From: a virus
IMG/VR virus record: IMGVR_UViG_3300028534_000016
Location: 28,152-92,151 of that record
DNA length: 64,000 nt
Direction: 5' to 3' (one strand)
How positions within the stretch are numbered: the stretch's first letter is position 1; each line of letters begins with the position of its first letter. A program made the translations under genes and the position numbers. Shown piece after piece: positions 40,081 through 50,196 of the stretch. Below the pieces are notes generated by a model, which was not told the origin of the DNA, searched no databases, and was given only the letters and a program-made list of their open reading frames with translations.

Positions 40081-40734
40081 CAGTTGTTAATTCACTAGCA
40101 TTGCCTTGTATACTAGTTAGGGAGAATTAACTCCCTATAACAACTAGGACTATATCATATACCTGATATCTATATTATTCTTTTAATGTTGACGATATTT
40201 CCAGATATTTATATCTGTATCGCGCACTTCTTTCAAATCTGAAATATTATAATATTTAACCAACCTATCAAATATTCTCTTTGTTTCGGTAAGTCTTATC
40301 GATTTAAATTTGTCACCAATATCATAATATACAATATTGTTTTGTCATAATTATCCTTATGTTAATAAAGATAATATAGATATACAGGCATCCATGCGCT
40401 TCCAACTAATTAAAGTCGTACTCTACTCGCTTGAAAGTCATATAGTCATACTATTATAACTCCACAAAGTTTTATATTTGTGTCACTCTTCTAACATATC
40501 ACTATGTTAACGCAGCTTTCGATAGTCTCTGAACCTTCACCATATAACATGTGCGCTTGTTACTTAGGTGCTTGGCTGCGGATTAGTCCGTATAACAGAT
40601 TTTTTACTCTTTAGATAGTTACTCTAAACCATTACACTATTTCTAATGTAACTTAGTATCTGTTACTTATAAACTTTCCCGTCAATTCACATGGTTTTTC
40701 TCATCGTACATTACTGCACGAGGGAACCCAGTTG
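40081..40734 (-). mobile_element. group I intron A in the RNAP gene (654 nt, IA2-like)
   Basis: P1 GGAAT|...GTTCC; P TGAATTGACGGGAAAG; Q AATCCGCAGCCAAG; R GTTCAGAGACTA; S ATGATATAGTCC; P3 CCATGTG/CGCATGG; splicing restores QRN|PSLLQGS. Confidence 0.92.
40183..40348 (-). pseudogene. frameshifted small ORF looped out of intron A P8
   Basis: AAGGA SD + ATG ACA AAA; removing one base gives about 54 aa (..NIVYYDIGDKFKSIRLTETKR..KYRQH); flanked by a ~22-bp inverted repeat at 40162-40183/40367-40388. Confidence 0.5.
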
Positions 40735-41853
40735 ATTCCTTTGCATAATAACAGCGATACCTTTACCAGGAGCTTCTTCTATTAGCTCATCAAGTATTTC
40801 GCTTATATCTTGATCATACATATTAACTGCTTTATACATTAAAGCTTTTGCTTTTTTATAAGTATAACCTCTTTGTTTAACTAACTTATTTAAGATATGT
40901 GGTCTAAAAGCAGTTACACCTATTGTCCAAGGAACATGTACTTCATCATAGTCACATTTACCTGGTATTGAAGTAATTACTCCTCTAAAAGTAAAGTGAC
41001 TTCTAAAACTAAATACATGCTTTCTAAAGATACCTACTTTAGTAGCTATATATGTATTGTAATAAGTTTCGTAAAGTGATGCTAATTTAGACTGCACACT
41101 ACCCATAGTGTTAGAAAGCTTTCTAGGTGTGTTAGTTGGGTTATTGGCAGCTTTTACCCACACCATAACTAAATCAATCATATCACTTACTGTTAAGTTA
41201 GTGAACTTACCTTTAGTAGTTACTTCCATAACAAAAAGTTTCTTATTAACAATCGGCATATAATTATTAAAAAGATTACCTCTATTAGTTTCGTATTCTG
41301 TTAATAGAAAATCTAATTCTTTTTCTTTATCAGTTCTACGGAACTTGGAAGTTTGTTTTAAGTAAGATAACACCTTACCTAAGTTAGCTATAAGATTAGC
41401 ATAGTTACGATCACCTATCATGTCTTTAATTTCATAAAGAAACGGAGGTATTTCTACAGGAGGATTATAGGAGGTATCAGATAACCATCTCAACCCATCT
41501 ATTTTAGAAGATATAATGTTACGTAACATAAGCCAATAGTGTGGGTTCATGAATCGCATGTTTTTATCTATAGCTTGCATCCATAATATAGGATCTAACT
41601 GTTCTAATGGATCAGTTACTTTAGTACCACAGGATAAACACTCTTTACCTAATAGATATTTTCCTTCTAATTCACCACAATCACATTTAGGGATAGTAGA
41701 TATGACATCGCTGTCATACACTGTCATAAGTGAATTGTTGATAGTATCTAAGTCATCTACACTATATGGGTCTAAATCGTTGATGATGATTTTAGAGCCA
41801 GTTGTAGTCATAAAGTAAGTGTCTAATGACTTAAACGTTTGGACTATTGCCAT
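40735..41853 (-). CDS. non-virion RNAP beta' N-terminal subunit (phiKZ gp55-like), exon 1
   Basis: Zinc ribbon CDCG..GKYLLGKECLSCGT; GIFRKHVFSFRSHFTFRGVITS; directly downstream of chimallin. Confidence 0.88.
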
Positions 41854-41952
41854 GGCGTCTCCTTCTTATTAATATGTAGTTGTACACCTACATATAGTTA
41901 TTAGTCCATAAGGACAAGTCGTTGCAACGACCTATGAAGTTATAAGCTTCAT

Positions 41953-41973
41953 GGTCTATTTAAATAATATATG
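41953..41973 (-). promoter_or_regulatory. candidate early phage promoter
   Basis: Minus strand CATATATTATTTAAATAGACC; near-identical copy upstream of chmA. Confidence 0.55.
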
Positions 41974-42003
41974 GTTAAAAAAATATAGAAAAAAGAATAG
42001 GAT

Positions 42004-42027
42004 GTATAGAGCTTATAAGCTCTATAC
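42004..42027. terminator. perfect 24-bp palindrome
   Basis: GTATAGAGCTTATAAGCTCTATAC. Confidence 0.65.
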
Positions 42028-42395
42028 TAATAACCGATACAGTTAGCTATTTTCATATAGTATATATCTTTTGAGTCAGTATTAATATATAAATAGTTAA
42101 TAGACTCTCCAGACTCAACTGTTTTTCTAAGAGTTTCATCATGACAAACATTAGATTTGAGGTTCTCTATAACCCTATCTATATTTTCTTCGTTAATAAC
42201 ATTGTTATAATAAAGAAACAAAACAGCAGATGGACTATCCCAATTCCCAAATAATCTGATATCATCACCCTCACCATTTAAACTTGGTAACTTATGGTGT
42301 GTAAAATAATTGACATTATCTGTTTTAATCTCACCAGCATTAATTGTTCCCGCTAATGCTACTAGCATAGCAATTAACATAAATACTTTTTTCAT
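42027..42395 (-). CDS. secreted/periplasmic hypothetical protein
   Basis: ATG at 42395 after AAGGA; Sec signal MKKVFMLIAMLVALAGTINA. Confidence 0.7.
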   Translation of the reverse strand: MKKVFMLIAMLVALAGTINAGEIKTDNVNYFTHHKLPSLNGEGDDIRLFGNWDSPSAVLFLYYNNVINEENIDRVIENLKSNVCHDETLRKTVESGESINYLYINTDSKDIYYMKIANCIGY

Positions 42396-42421
42396 AATAT
42401 TTCCTTTAAATAAAATTAAGA

Positions 42422-42455
42422 TATACACTAGTAGACTATAGTCTACTAGTGTATA
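42422..42455. terminator. perfect 34-bp palindrome downstream of chmA
   Basis: TATACACTAGTAGACTATAGTCTACTAGTGTATA. Confidence 0.75.
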
Positions 42456-42485
42456 GTGTTGTTAGTTACTTACAGCATTTACTGT

Positions 42486-44351
42486 TTAGTATCTACCATA
42501 ACCTGCATGAGAGTATGGTGTTGTCCAAGATGGACCTTGTGCAGTCGCAGTTCTTGCGAAACCAGCAACATTGTTAACACCAGCACCAGCAAGGTAGTTA
42601 TCAAGAATGCTAAGGTTAGAAGTTTCAGCAAATGTGATTGCTGGTTCATATCTTGCATCGAGACCTGCACGCATAGCTGCGTCGATAAGTGTTTGGATAA
42701 AGAATGCAGTAAATGTAACACGAGTAGCTTTACCAGTGATACGTGCATCAGGGATAAGTTTAGAAATGATATCTACTTTTGTAATGTATGGGTCCATACC
42801 TGTTTTCTCTTTAGGAAGACCAGAAAGAGCCCATTTATTAATAAGATCTACATCAGAAGTTTGTGTTGCAATAAATGCAGCATCGATATCACGAATGTCT
42901 CTTTCACCTGTTTTGTCTGCCCATTTACCCATAGGAATAGTTACACCAGAAGATACAAAGATTTGATCTAGTGGGAAATCTTTAGGGAAGTTACCATCTG
43001 TAAGATGATGTGCAGCTTTAACGATTTGTCTAGCAGCATTTTGTTTACTTCTAGAGTTTTGTGGTTCTGCAGCGATAGAGAACATAGATGTATAATGTGT
43101 TTGCGGTCCAAATGATTCAATATCAAAAGATACTACTGGATCCAGTGAAAACATTTGTTTAATTGTAGCATATACTTCATCTCTAGTAAGGTTTTTATCT
43201 GTGAGATTAAGAATGCTACCAACACCATTTTGTGCGTTCTCAAGGTTAGTGATTAGGTTAAGAGCACCGATGTTACGTACACCTTTCTTAGAATCTGAAG
43301 GCATAAGTGCAGCAACCCACATATCATTGTTAGTCATAACTAATGAAGAGATAAGTCCAAGTAACGCATAACCAGGAGTAGTAGCGAACACTGCATCAGA
43401 ATCGATAATTACATGTGGATGTAGTCTGATTTGTTGTACTGGCGGCATACCTGGAGTTGTTGGTACATTGATTGCTGTAGGAATAGCATCGATGAAACCA
43501 GCTGACTTAGTTAAAGTGATTTTAGCATTTTGTAAGTTAAGAGATGTAACATTGTTTGTTGTGTCTACAGCTGCTAACTCAATTTGCCAATCAGCTCTAA
43601 CTGGTTTATCTACTTCATCTTTTGTTGTTTGTTTAAGAAGGTTTGACTCAATCTTAAGAAGCATGTTCGGTGACTGAGCTTTAGCAACACGAATGTTAAG
43701 GTCTTCAGCTTGTCCTTCGATAAGTGCTTTTTCACTTCTACATGCATTAAAACCAATTGAAGCGATACGAATGATCATTTGTGTATCATCATGTTGTACA
43801 TCAGGAACAACAAGACCATCTACAGAAGAGAACTTAGTTAAGTTATACTCTGCATGTAATGCTTCTCTTGCTTTATCGTGAAGTACTTCATCGATAGCGT
43901 CATCTGGAGTATAGATAAATGGTACTTGGTTAGTAGCCATAAGTTTACTATTTACTTCTGCCATAATGTCTGCAGCAGTCATTGGTTCACGTCCAGTTGA
44001 CTCTAACATAACTAGGTAGTAGTTTACAATATCATTTGCTCTTAATGAGATAACGATAGTAGAGTAAGCAAGACCTGTGATTACTTCTTTATCAAGAATG
44101 TTTACTTTTGGTCTCTCAGTTTCAGGAAGAGATTTGTATACCTCGATAAGACCATTAGCGATCTTGTTAGTATATTCAGAACCTGTATTTGCAGCCATTG
44201 TAAAGATAGGGTTTACACCGAAACCAACCATTGGTTTGTTTACTGTATTATCAGTGCTAGATTGTGATGTTGTTCTAGCATTTGCAGTTGTATCGAAATT
44301 TGGTGTAGTACCAGCCTGAGTTGTGTTTGTTGATTCGTCATGAATTGCCAT
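42486..44351 (-). CDS. chmA: chimallin, phage nuclear shell protein
   Basis: 621 aa from the ATG after AAGGAG; KPVRAD, TPGYALLGL, IGAL, DPVVSFDI, GKW...ERDIRDID and TGKATRVTF..FIQTL...AGL match my recollection of 201phi2-1 gp105; disordered N-terminus; high-expression codon bias; lies between gp53-like and gp55-like genes. Confidence 0.85.
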   Translation of the reverse strand: MAIHDESTNTTQAGTTPNFDTTANARTTSQSSTDNTVNKPMVGFGVNPIFTMAANTGSEYTNKIANGLIEVYKSLPETERPKVNILDKEVITGLAYSTIVISLRANDIVNYYLVMLESTGREPMTAADIMAEVNSKLMATNQVPFIYTPDDAIDEVLHDKAREALHAEYNLTKFSSVDGLVVPDVQHDDTQMIIRIASIGFNACRSEKALIEGQAEDLNIRVAKAQSPNMLLKIESNLLKQTTKDEVDKPVRADWQIELAAVDTTNNVTSLNLQNAKITLTKSAGFIDAIPTAINVPTTPGMPPVQQIRLHPHVIIDSDAVFATTPGYALLGLISSLVMTNNDMWVAALMPSDSKKGVRNIGALNLITNLENAQNGVGSILNLTDKNLTRDEVYATIKQMFSLDPVVSFDIESFGPQTHYTSMFSIAAEPQNSRSKQNAARQIVKAAHHLTDGNFPKDFPLDQIFVSSGVTIPMGKWADKTGERDIRDIDAAFIATQTSDVDLINKWALSGLPKEKTGMDPYITKVDIISKLIPDARITGKATRVTFTAFFIQTLIDAAMRAGLDARYEPAITFAETSNLSILDNYLAGAGVNNVAGFARTATAQGPSWTTPYSHAGYGRY

Positions 44352-44408
44352 GTGAATTCTCCTTGTGTTTTGTTTATGTATTGTCGACAACACATTGATG
44401 ACCGTGTT

Positions 44409-44429
44409 GGTCTACTTAAATAATATATG
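44409..44429 (-). promoter_or_regulatory. candidate early phage promoter
   Basis: Minus strand CATATATTATTTAAGTAGACC, 20/21 identical to 41953-41973. Confidence 0.55.
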
Positions 44430-44645
44430 TTCAAATATTTTTGAAACACACTTATTTAAGATGTTATCGACCTGTTATATATAGATGTCAGAATGTTACG
44501 ACATCAAACTCTATAATACAGTGTACCTAAGCACACTGGATATAACATATCATTAATATACATACTCTTCAAAAGTTTTTTAAAGTATACTATTCTCTAT
44601 AAGCTATGCTCTTAATTGAAATTTTAACTATAGAAAGGGGGAAAC

Positions 44646-45740
44646 TTGTTTAAACTATTTACCAACAACAACGATACTACACAATTCCCTATTAAACACT
44701 ATAGTAGATTTGACTTAATCAAACGCAGATATTTAGAAGAACTTGATACTATAAAAACATATTATCGTAATAAAGATAGAGCTGTAGATAACAGACACAT
44801 ATTAAATAGAATCATCACACTATTAGCTCCTAATGTGTATCTAGATAATTATGAATACTACAAGATAGTAACAGCTTCATCAGAATTATTATCTAAACAA
44901 TTTGATATAGTTAGTAATCTACACAGCGGGAAAATACATGATAACTTATTCTTCGGAAATAATAGTAAAGAGATATTGTTATATACCGATAGTGGCTTAG
45001 ATCCATATGATATTGAAGATAACTGGATAGATATACCAGCAGTAAGAGTAATCTATACTGAAGATACTGACTTAAGTATGAACATACCTTTTAATAATAA
45101 TGATTATATTGTTCCTGTATTGCATGTAATGACTATAGACATTAACTTAATGTTATTACAATATAAATATTGGGCTATACAGCGTATTGATAACGATATG
45201 GGTATTAACCCTAATGTATTTATATCACAAATCGTATTACCTAATATGCTAGACAACATGTTAGATTTAGCTATCTATAATAGATTTAATAGTTTACTAC
45301 AAGGATTTAAAATAGAGAGTAATAAATTTAATCATCCATTTCATGTATTGGACTATAGTAAAGGAATAGATAACATTCTTAAAAAAGTTATTAAAGATGT
45401 CAAGAATACCAATATCGACATAATACAATTATATAAAACTATACCAACTATAGTAAATGATAATATGTATCAAGCTTTACAGATAAGAAAAGATTACTTT
45501 ACTAAACAATCAGAATGGGTTTTGTTTGTTTCTAGAATACCTACCATATACTATACGTTATTAGTGCTTGGTGAAAAAGGTATAAAAAGAAATAAAGATA
45601 AATTAACTAGATTACCTGCGAAGATAAAACAAATAGAACGTTCTAAAACATTAGAATCCAAATTACAACATGAAGTTGTTATTGATACAGAATTACAGAT
45701 GCAATTAGATTATATAGAATCTATTGTAGGTAAAAGATAA
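44646..45740 (+). CDS. conserved protein, phiKZ gp53-like
   Basis: 364 aa, TTG start after AAGGGGG; YRWA-type LQYKYWA, FISQIVLPNML, KQSEWVL motifs; divergent from chmA. Confidence 0.65.
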   Translation: MFKLFTNNNDTTQFPIKHYSRFDLIKRRYLEELDTIKTYYRNKDRAVDNRHILNRIITLLAPNVYLDNYEYYKIVTASSELLSKQFDIVSNLHSGKIHDNLFFGNNSKEILLYTDSGLDPYDIEDNWIDIPAVRVIYTEDTDLSMNIPFNNNDYIVPVLHVMTIDINLMLLQYKYWAIQRIDNDMGINPNVFISQIVLPNMLDNMLDLAIYNRFNSLLQGFKIESNKFNHPFHVLDYSKGIDNILKKVIKDVKNTNIDIIQLYKTIPTIVNDNMYQALQIRKDYFTKQSEWVLFVSRIPTIYYTLLVLGEKGIKRNKDKLTRLPAKIKQIERSKTLESKLQHEVVIDTELQMQLDYIESIVGKR

Positions 45741-45749
45741 GGAGTAAGT

Positions 45750-46538
45750 ATGAATGCAGTACAAAAAGCATTAGTAGATATAAAATTTAGTATACCACCT
45801 GAAGTATTAACTATAGCTTTTCAGGAATTGAATCAACAACTTAACAGTATGTTAAGTCTTGATGATAGAATATTATCAGCAGTCATAAGACCAAGAGTTA
45901 TGGTAGATTGTAACCTTGTTGGTGGTATTGAAACAAGAGTTGATTTAAACATGTGTAGTATTTCTTATTTAAGTAACAGAGAGTTTATAGCTGAAGTACC
46001 TAAAGAACAAACTAATGGTGCTAGCATTATTAGTGTATTGTCGTTAGTAAGTAATGTAATCTATACTAGAAGTACTAACTATAATGAAATGCCTGGAGCA
46101 TTGAGTGCTAGTATGAATATGATGAATAACTTAAATACTGAAACAGTAGTACAGACTAGTAGGTTAGAATTAATTGCTGATAACGTAGTACTTATAGAAG
46201 ACCCAACAATACATTTAGTTAATGGTATTTTAAGATGTGTTGTAGAGAACTCTCCTAATATGGAAAACATTAATCCTCGTTCATATAACGCATTTAGTAA
46301 ACTATGTATCTTAGCAGTTAAATCTTATGTCTACAATAGCACTATTGTTAAACTAGATAAAGGATATATCTACGGTGGACATGAATTAGGTGTTATTAAG
46401 GATATTATAGACAACTATAGTTCTGCTGAAGAAGAATACCAAGAATACTTAAATACTACATGGCGTGAAGTTGCATTTATTAATAACGGTGACCAAATGG
46501 CTAGATTTGTAAAATCTATGATAGGAAACACAATATGA
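45750..46538 (+). CDS. virion structural protein, phiKZ gp52-like
   Basis: MNAVQKALVDIKFSIPPEVL, VIRPRVMVDCNLVGG, LAVKSYVYN motifs. Confidence 0.7.
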   Translation: MNAVQKALVDIKFSIPPEVLTIAFQELNQQLNSMLSLDDRILSAVIRPRVMVDCNLVGGIETRVDLNMCSISYLSNREFIAEVPKEQTNGASIISVLSLVSNVIYTRSTNYNEMPGALSASMNMMNNLNTETVVQTSRLELIADNVVLIEDPTIHLVNGILRCVVENSPNMENINPRSYNAFSKLCILAVKSYVYNSTIVKLDKGYIYGGHELGVIKDIIDNYSSAEEEYQEYLNTTWREVAFINNGDQMARFVKSMIGNTI

Positions 46539-47596
46539 TAGATAAGGATTTAGATTCAATTTTAAAAGATAGTAAAGTATTAACTACTGCATGTGAATCA
46601 TTAGAAGATATATTGGTAGCTACAGAGAACATAGATGACCTTAATACTGTTAGAAACACTTTAGAGGTAACAAAGTCTAAGTTAGGATATAATGAAGATG
46701 TAGAGCTTACCACAGAAGGTATTAGTGAATTTGTAAATAAAATTATTAAAACTATAAAAGAATTCTTTTCTAAGTTCTGGAAGAAAGTCGTTAAATATAT
46801 TAAGAAGATATACAAATTAATCATTACTAATAATAATGATGTAGAAAAAATGTCTTCTGATTTAAAACAGAAGTTAGCTACTGAACGACTTTATGATTTT
46901 GATAAAATCGAAATAGTATTGCCTGAATTTCTTTCTAGTATAAGTGAACAAGATAAGTTAGAATTGCTTAATTATTTCTTTACTAAGTTAATGGATGTTA
47001 AAAAAGATATTTATTTAACTACGGATAGTTATGTTAAACATATTGCTAAAGAACTTAATAAAGATGAAATAAGTTATGTTCCGTATAAAGATTACTTTAA
47101 AAGTAAAGTAGCTACTAACTATGATAACGATATGAGATTAGCTAAAATATTAGCGAATTTAAGTAATATTATCGATGATAATAATGGACACAAATATGTA
47201 TTGGGCTATGATAATAAAAATATACGTTTATATAACCCAATAACAAACGATATAAGTGTAGCACCGTATAATAAAACGTTAGTGAGCATTTACCCTACTG
47301 AATACAGTAATAAATTCTTACTTAAACATCTTGACAATCTTAAAGAACTTAATAGTTTTCTTAAAAAAGAAACAGTAGTATTAGATACTATAGATAACTC
47401 TTTTAATAAAATAAAGAGTTCTATGGAAACTAAACTAAACACTGGTAAAAAAGAAGACGTTTATGTTGTTAGTAAATATGTTAAAGAGATAACAACTAAT
47501 TTACCAACATTATTGCGTACATTAGAATCATGCGGCATAGTTATGTATAGTGAGTATAAAAATATTCTTTCTAATATCTACAAAAAATCAATGTAG
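46535..47596 (+). CDS. internal head protein family paralog
   Basis: LTTEGISEFVNKIIKTIKEFFSKFWKKVVKYIKK segment. Confidence 0.65.
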   Translation: MIDKDLDSILKDSKVLTTACESLEDILVATENIDDLNTVRNTLEVTKSKLGYNEDVELTTEGISEFVNKIIKTIKEFFSKFWKKVVKYIKKIYKLIITNNNDVEKMSSDLKQKLATERLYDFDKIEIVLPEFLSSISEQDKLELLNYFFTKLMDVKKDIYLTTDSYVKHIAKELNKDEISYVPYKDYFKSKVATNYDNDMRLAKILANLSNIIDDNNGHKYVLGYDNKNIRLYNPITNDISVAPYNKTLVSIYPTEYSNKFLLKHLDNLKELNSFLKKETVVLDTIDNSFNKIKSSMETKLNTGKKEDVYVVSKYVKEITTNLPTLLRTLESCGIVMYSEYKNILSNIYKKSM

Positions 47597-47630
47597 TATA
47601 ACTACTAGGACTAATGTCCTAGTAGTTATA
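47597..47630. terminator. hairpin between convergent genes
   Basis: TATAACTACTAGGAC-TAAT-GTCCTAGTAGTTATA. Confidence 0.75.
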
Positions 47631-47973
47631 TTTTAGCTAATCTTTCTGCTACTTTACGGTCAATAATTACATCTAATTTATCGCCATATTTACTTATAAG
47701 TTCAGGATTTACATCATCAAGGTATTTTAAAGATAATTCTTTTTTCTTAATACCTTTTAATCCGTATTCCATTCCTTTCTTTTCCGCATAAACAACTGCG
47801 TCTTCTACTGCTTTTTCAGTAATGATTTTATCTAACTCATACTTCTTAGCCGTAGCATTAGTGTTTAGCCATTTATTAACATAATAAGTAGTGACTAAAC
47901 CTACTAGACCCATAACTAGTTTAAGTAGCTCATAAACTAATTGTTGTGTACCATTATCTAATACTGCATCCAT
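47626..47973 (-). CDS. putative holin (LL-H-like)
   Basis: Single N-terminal TM, then AVEDAVVYAEK..G.KKKELS pattern. Confidence 0.55.
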   Translation of the reverse strand: MDAVLDNGTQQLVYELLKLVMGLVGLVTTYYVNKWLNTNATAKKYELDKIITEKAVEDAVVYAEKKGMEYGLKGIKKKELSLKYLDDVNPELISKYGDKLDVIIDRKVAERLAKI

Positions 47974-47999
47974 ACGGATCCTTTAATTATTGAATTCAA

Positions 48000-50126
48000 T
48001 CAATAACCCATTTCAGATACTAACATATCTGGTTTTCTAAAAAACCCGCAAGATTCGAGAATTAGGTACATGATATTTAAATTAGATGTAACAACTTTAT
48101 AAAAGTTAACTGCTTGATATATCTCCTCAGGTAGTTTCTTTCCGGCTACAATATTTAAAGGAACTCTAAATGAACCAATACTGTCTTTTTTATATTTGTC
48201 CATAAATGTTCTTAAGCGTTCAGCTATCTCTCTATCTTCTAGTTTATCAAGATACTCTTGTGTTGTTCTTCTAGAAGATAAAGTAGTGGGTATATTGACA
48301 ACCATATACGTAGGTTCTCCAGGGTCACCATATTTATCTTTAAATACATATTCCCATAATAAGTGATGTATATAAGGTGACTTAGTTCTATCTAACTTAT
48401 AGGCACTTTCTTCTTTTAACTTCTCTAATTTAAATATATCAGTCTTACCATTCTTAATGTCTTCTATAATCTTTCTCTCAGTATCTGCTGTTAATGTAGC
48501 CATTTTATTTAGAGAGATTTTACCACCAGAACTTAATGTAGTATGAATATAGTCAATCATACCATAAGCTATATCCCTAATCTCTTTATTAACCTTAGAA
48601 GCAATGAGGTGTACTCCTTTAAGTTCTAAATCTGGTACAGCAAATACAGAACCCTCTTGTATTCTAACATTAGCAAAGTAGTGTTTACTAACATTAGTAG
48701 ATGTAAATAAATCCCAAAAATATTCATTTTTCATTTTAATAAGGTCTCTATTTTCAGGAGGTATGTTCATGTGTGATGTAAACATTTTTAAATAATGATC
48801 AATAACTTGTGTGGTAATAGTCATAACGGCAGCACTAACTCCTACTGCTTCATCGTTAAATACTATCTTACCAAAGTACCATTCTATCCATTTATCATAA
48901 GCACCACAAGTACTATCTGTATCTGATAATACAATAGCTTCTCTAAACATATCTTTAATATGTGCTATAGTAGGAGGCATAATCTTAGTAATAAAACAAG
49001 CTCTAATAAAGTCACTATAAGCTATAAGTGTTTTAGTAACATTTCTAGCTGTACTAGCTAAAATATTGAGTGTTTCTGTACCTGCCATCTTTTTAAAATC
49101 TACATTCATACCTTTAATATCAGGAGCACAAATATGATAAACTAAGTTCATAACTCCTTCAGGTGAATTATTAATATCTCTAATATTGTCTTCACTACCA
49201 CTAGTACATCGTTTGCTAAGAGTACCTATAAATGTTCTCATCATTTCATCATTATGATCTTTAATAGCATTCATATCGTTAGTATATAATACTGCTGCTA
49301 ACTCTACTTTAGATAACTTTTTAAGATAGTCTAATATCTTACCCTCATACTTTATAGATTCCCAGTATTTCTTTGTACTTAATAATAACCGTTTATGTAC
49401 TTCTTCAGGAGTAGGTAAATGAAGATTATACTTTTTAAGTACTTTAACGAATCTATCTTTTTCGTATGTAGTAATAACAGTTGTTATATAATTAACTGTA
49501 GTTTCAAAATCTTTAAAGTGTTTATTGCTAGCTACCATTGTTTCAGTAATAGCATTACCGATACTGGTAACTGAGCGAGTCATACTAGTTAATGTATAAT
49601 GCGCACTTGCATTATAAAGTATAGTTCCTTTAGCCGCATATGCTCCAGATAATGAGTTATTAAAAATCTTTCTAGTTTTCTGTAATGTATTATAGTACAA
49701 AAACATATCTGGGTTATTTTCTTGTTTATATACAAAAGCTTTGTGTTTGTCTTCTTTACGTTTGTTAATATTATCTTGTAAGAATTCCGCGTGTAAACTT
49801 TTCTTAACAGTAGGGTGTACATATGTTGTAAATGACGGAACAATAATCTCACCAGATTCAATAGTTTCTTTTACGTAGTTACTAAGTTTATTGGTCTCTT
49901 GATACGTGTCTCCGTTATGATCTTTAGTATAATATTTTACTTCTGGATTCTTGATATCTGATTTTTTAACAGTTTGTTTTACAAGTTTAGTAGCTTCTTC
50001 AATTGATATATTATTCATTTTAGCAACATAAGCTGCTGCTTGTTTCATATAGGTAGCTACTGTATTTGTTAATAACGTATATTCATTATCATTTTTTTTA
50101 AATATCATAGGTGTTTTATTTTCCAT
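48000..50126 (-). CDS. split family B DNA polymerase, catalytic subunit (phiKZ gp50-like)
   Basis: Motif B QKTRKIFNNSLSG; motif C VLSDTDST; 708 aa. Confidence 0.85.
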   Translation of the reverse strand: MENKTPMIFKKNDNEYTLLTNTVATYMKQAAAYVAKMNNISIEEATKLVKQTVKKSDIKNPEVKYYTKDHNGDTYQETNKLSNYVKETIESGEIIVPSFTTYVHPTVKKSLHAEFLQDNINKRKEDKHKAFVYKQENNPDMFLYYNTLQKTRKIFNNSLSGAYAAKGTILYNASAHYTLTSMTRSVTSIGNAITETMVASNKHFKDFETTVNYITTVITTYEKDRFVKVLKKYNLHLPTPEEVHKRLLLSTKKYWESIKYEGKILDYLKKLSKVELAAVLYTNDMNAIKDHNDEMMRTFIGTLSKRCTSGSEDNIRDINNSPEGVMNLVYHICAPDIKGMNVDFKKMAGTETLNILASTARNVTKTLIAYSDFIRACFITKIMPPTIAHIKDMFREAIVLSDTDSTCGAYDKWIEWYFGKIVFNDEAVGVSAAVMTITTQVIDHYLKMFTSHMNIPPENRDLIKMKNEYFWDLFTSTNVSKHYFANVRIQEGSVFAVPDLELKGVHLIASKVNKEIRDIAYGMIDYIHTTLSSGGKISLNKMATLTADTERKIIEDIKNGKTDIFKLEKLKEESAYKLDRTKSPYIHHLLWEYVFKDKYGDPGEPTYMVVNIPTTLSSRRTTQEYLDKLEDREIAERLRTFMDKYKKDSIGSFRVPLNIVAGKKLPEEIYQAVNFYKVVTSNLNIMYLILESCGFFRKPDMLVSEMGY

Positions 50127-50166
50127 GTTTACTCCTCGTCTATTAAATTAAATGAGGTCAAAAAAC

Positions 50167-50196
50167 TATACTTGTTACCAACTGGTAACAAGTATA
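50167..50196 (-). terminator. hairpin with adjacent T-run
   Basis: TATACTTGTTACCA-AC-TGGTAACAAGTATA, then GTTTTTT on the minus strand. Confidence 0.7.

Noticed and set aside
42486-44351. Major capsid protein call for the large highly expressed gene
   Set aside because: Motifs and position between gp53-like and gp55-like genes fit chimallin; no capsid propeptide pattern
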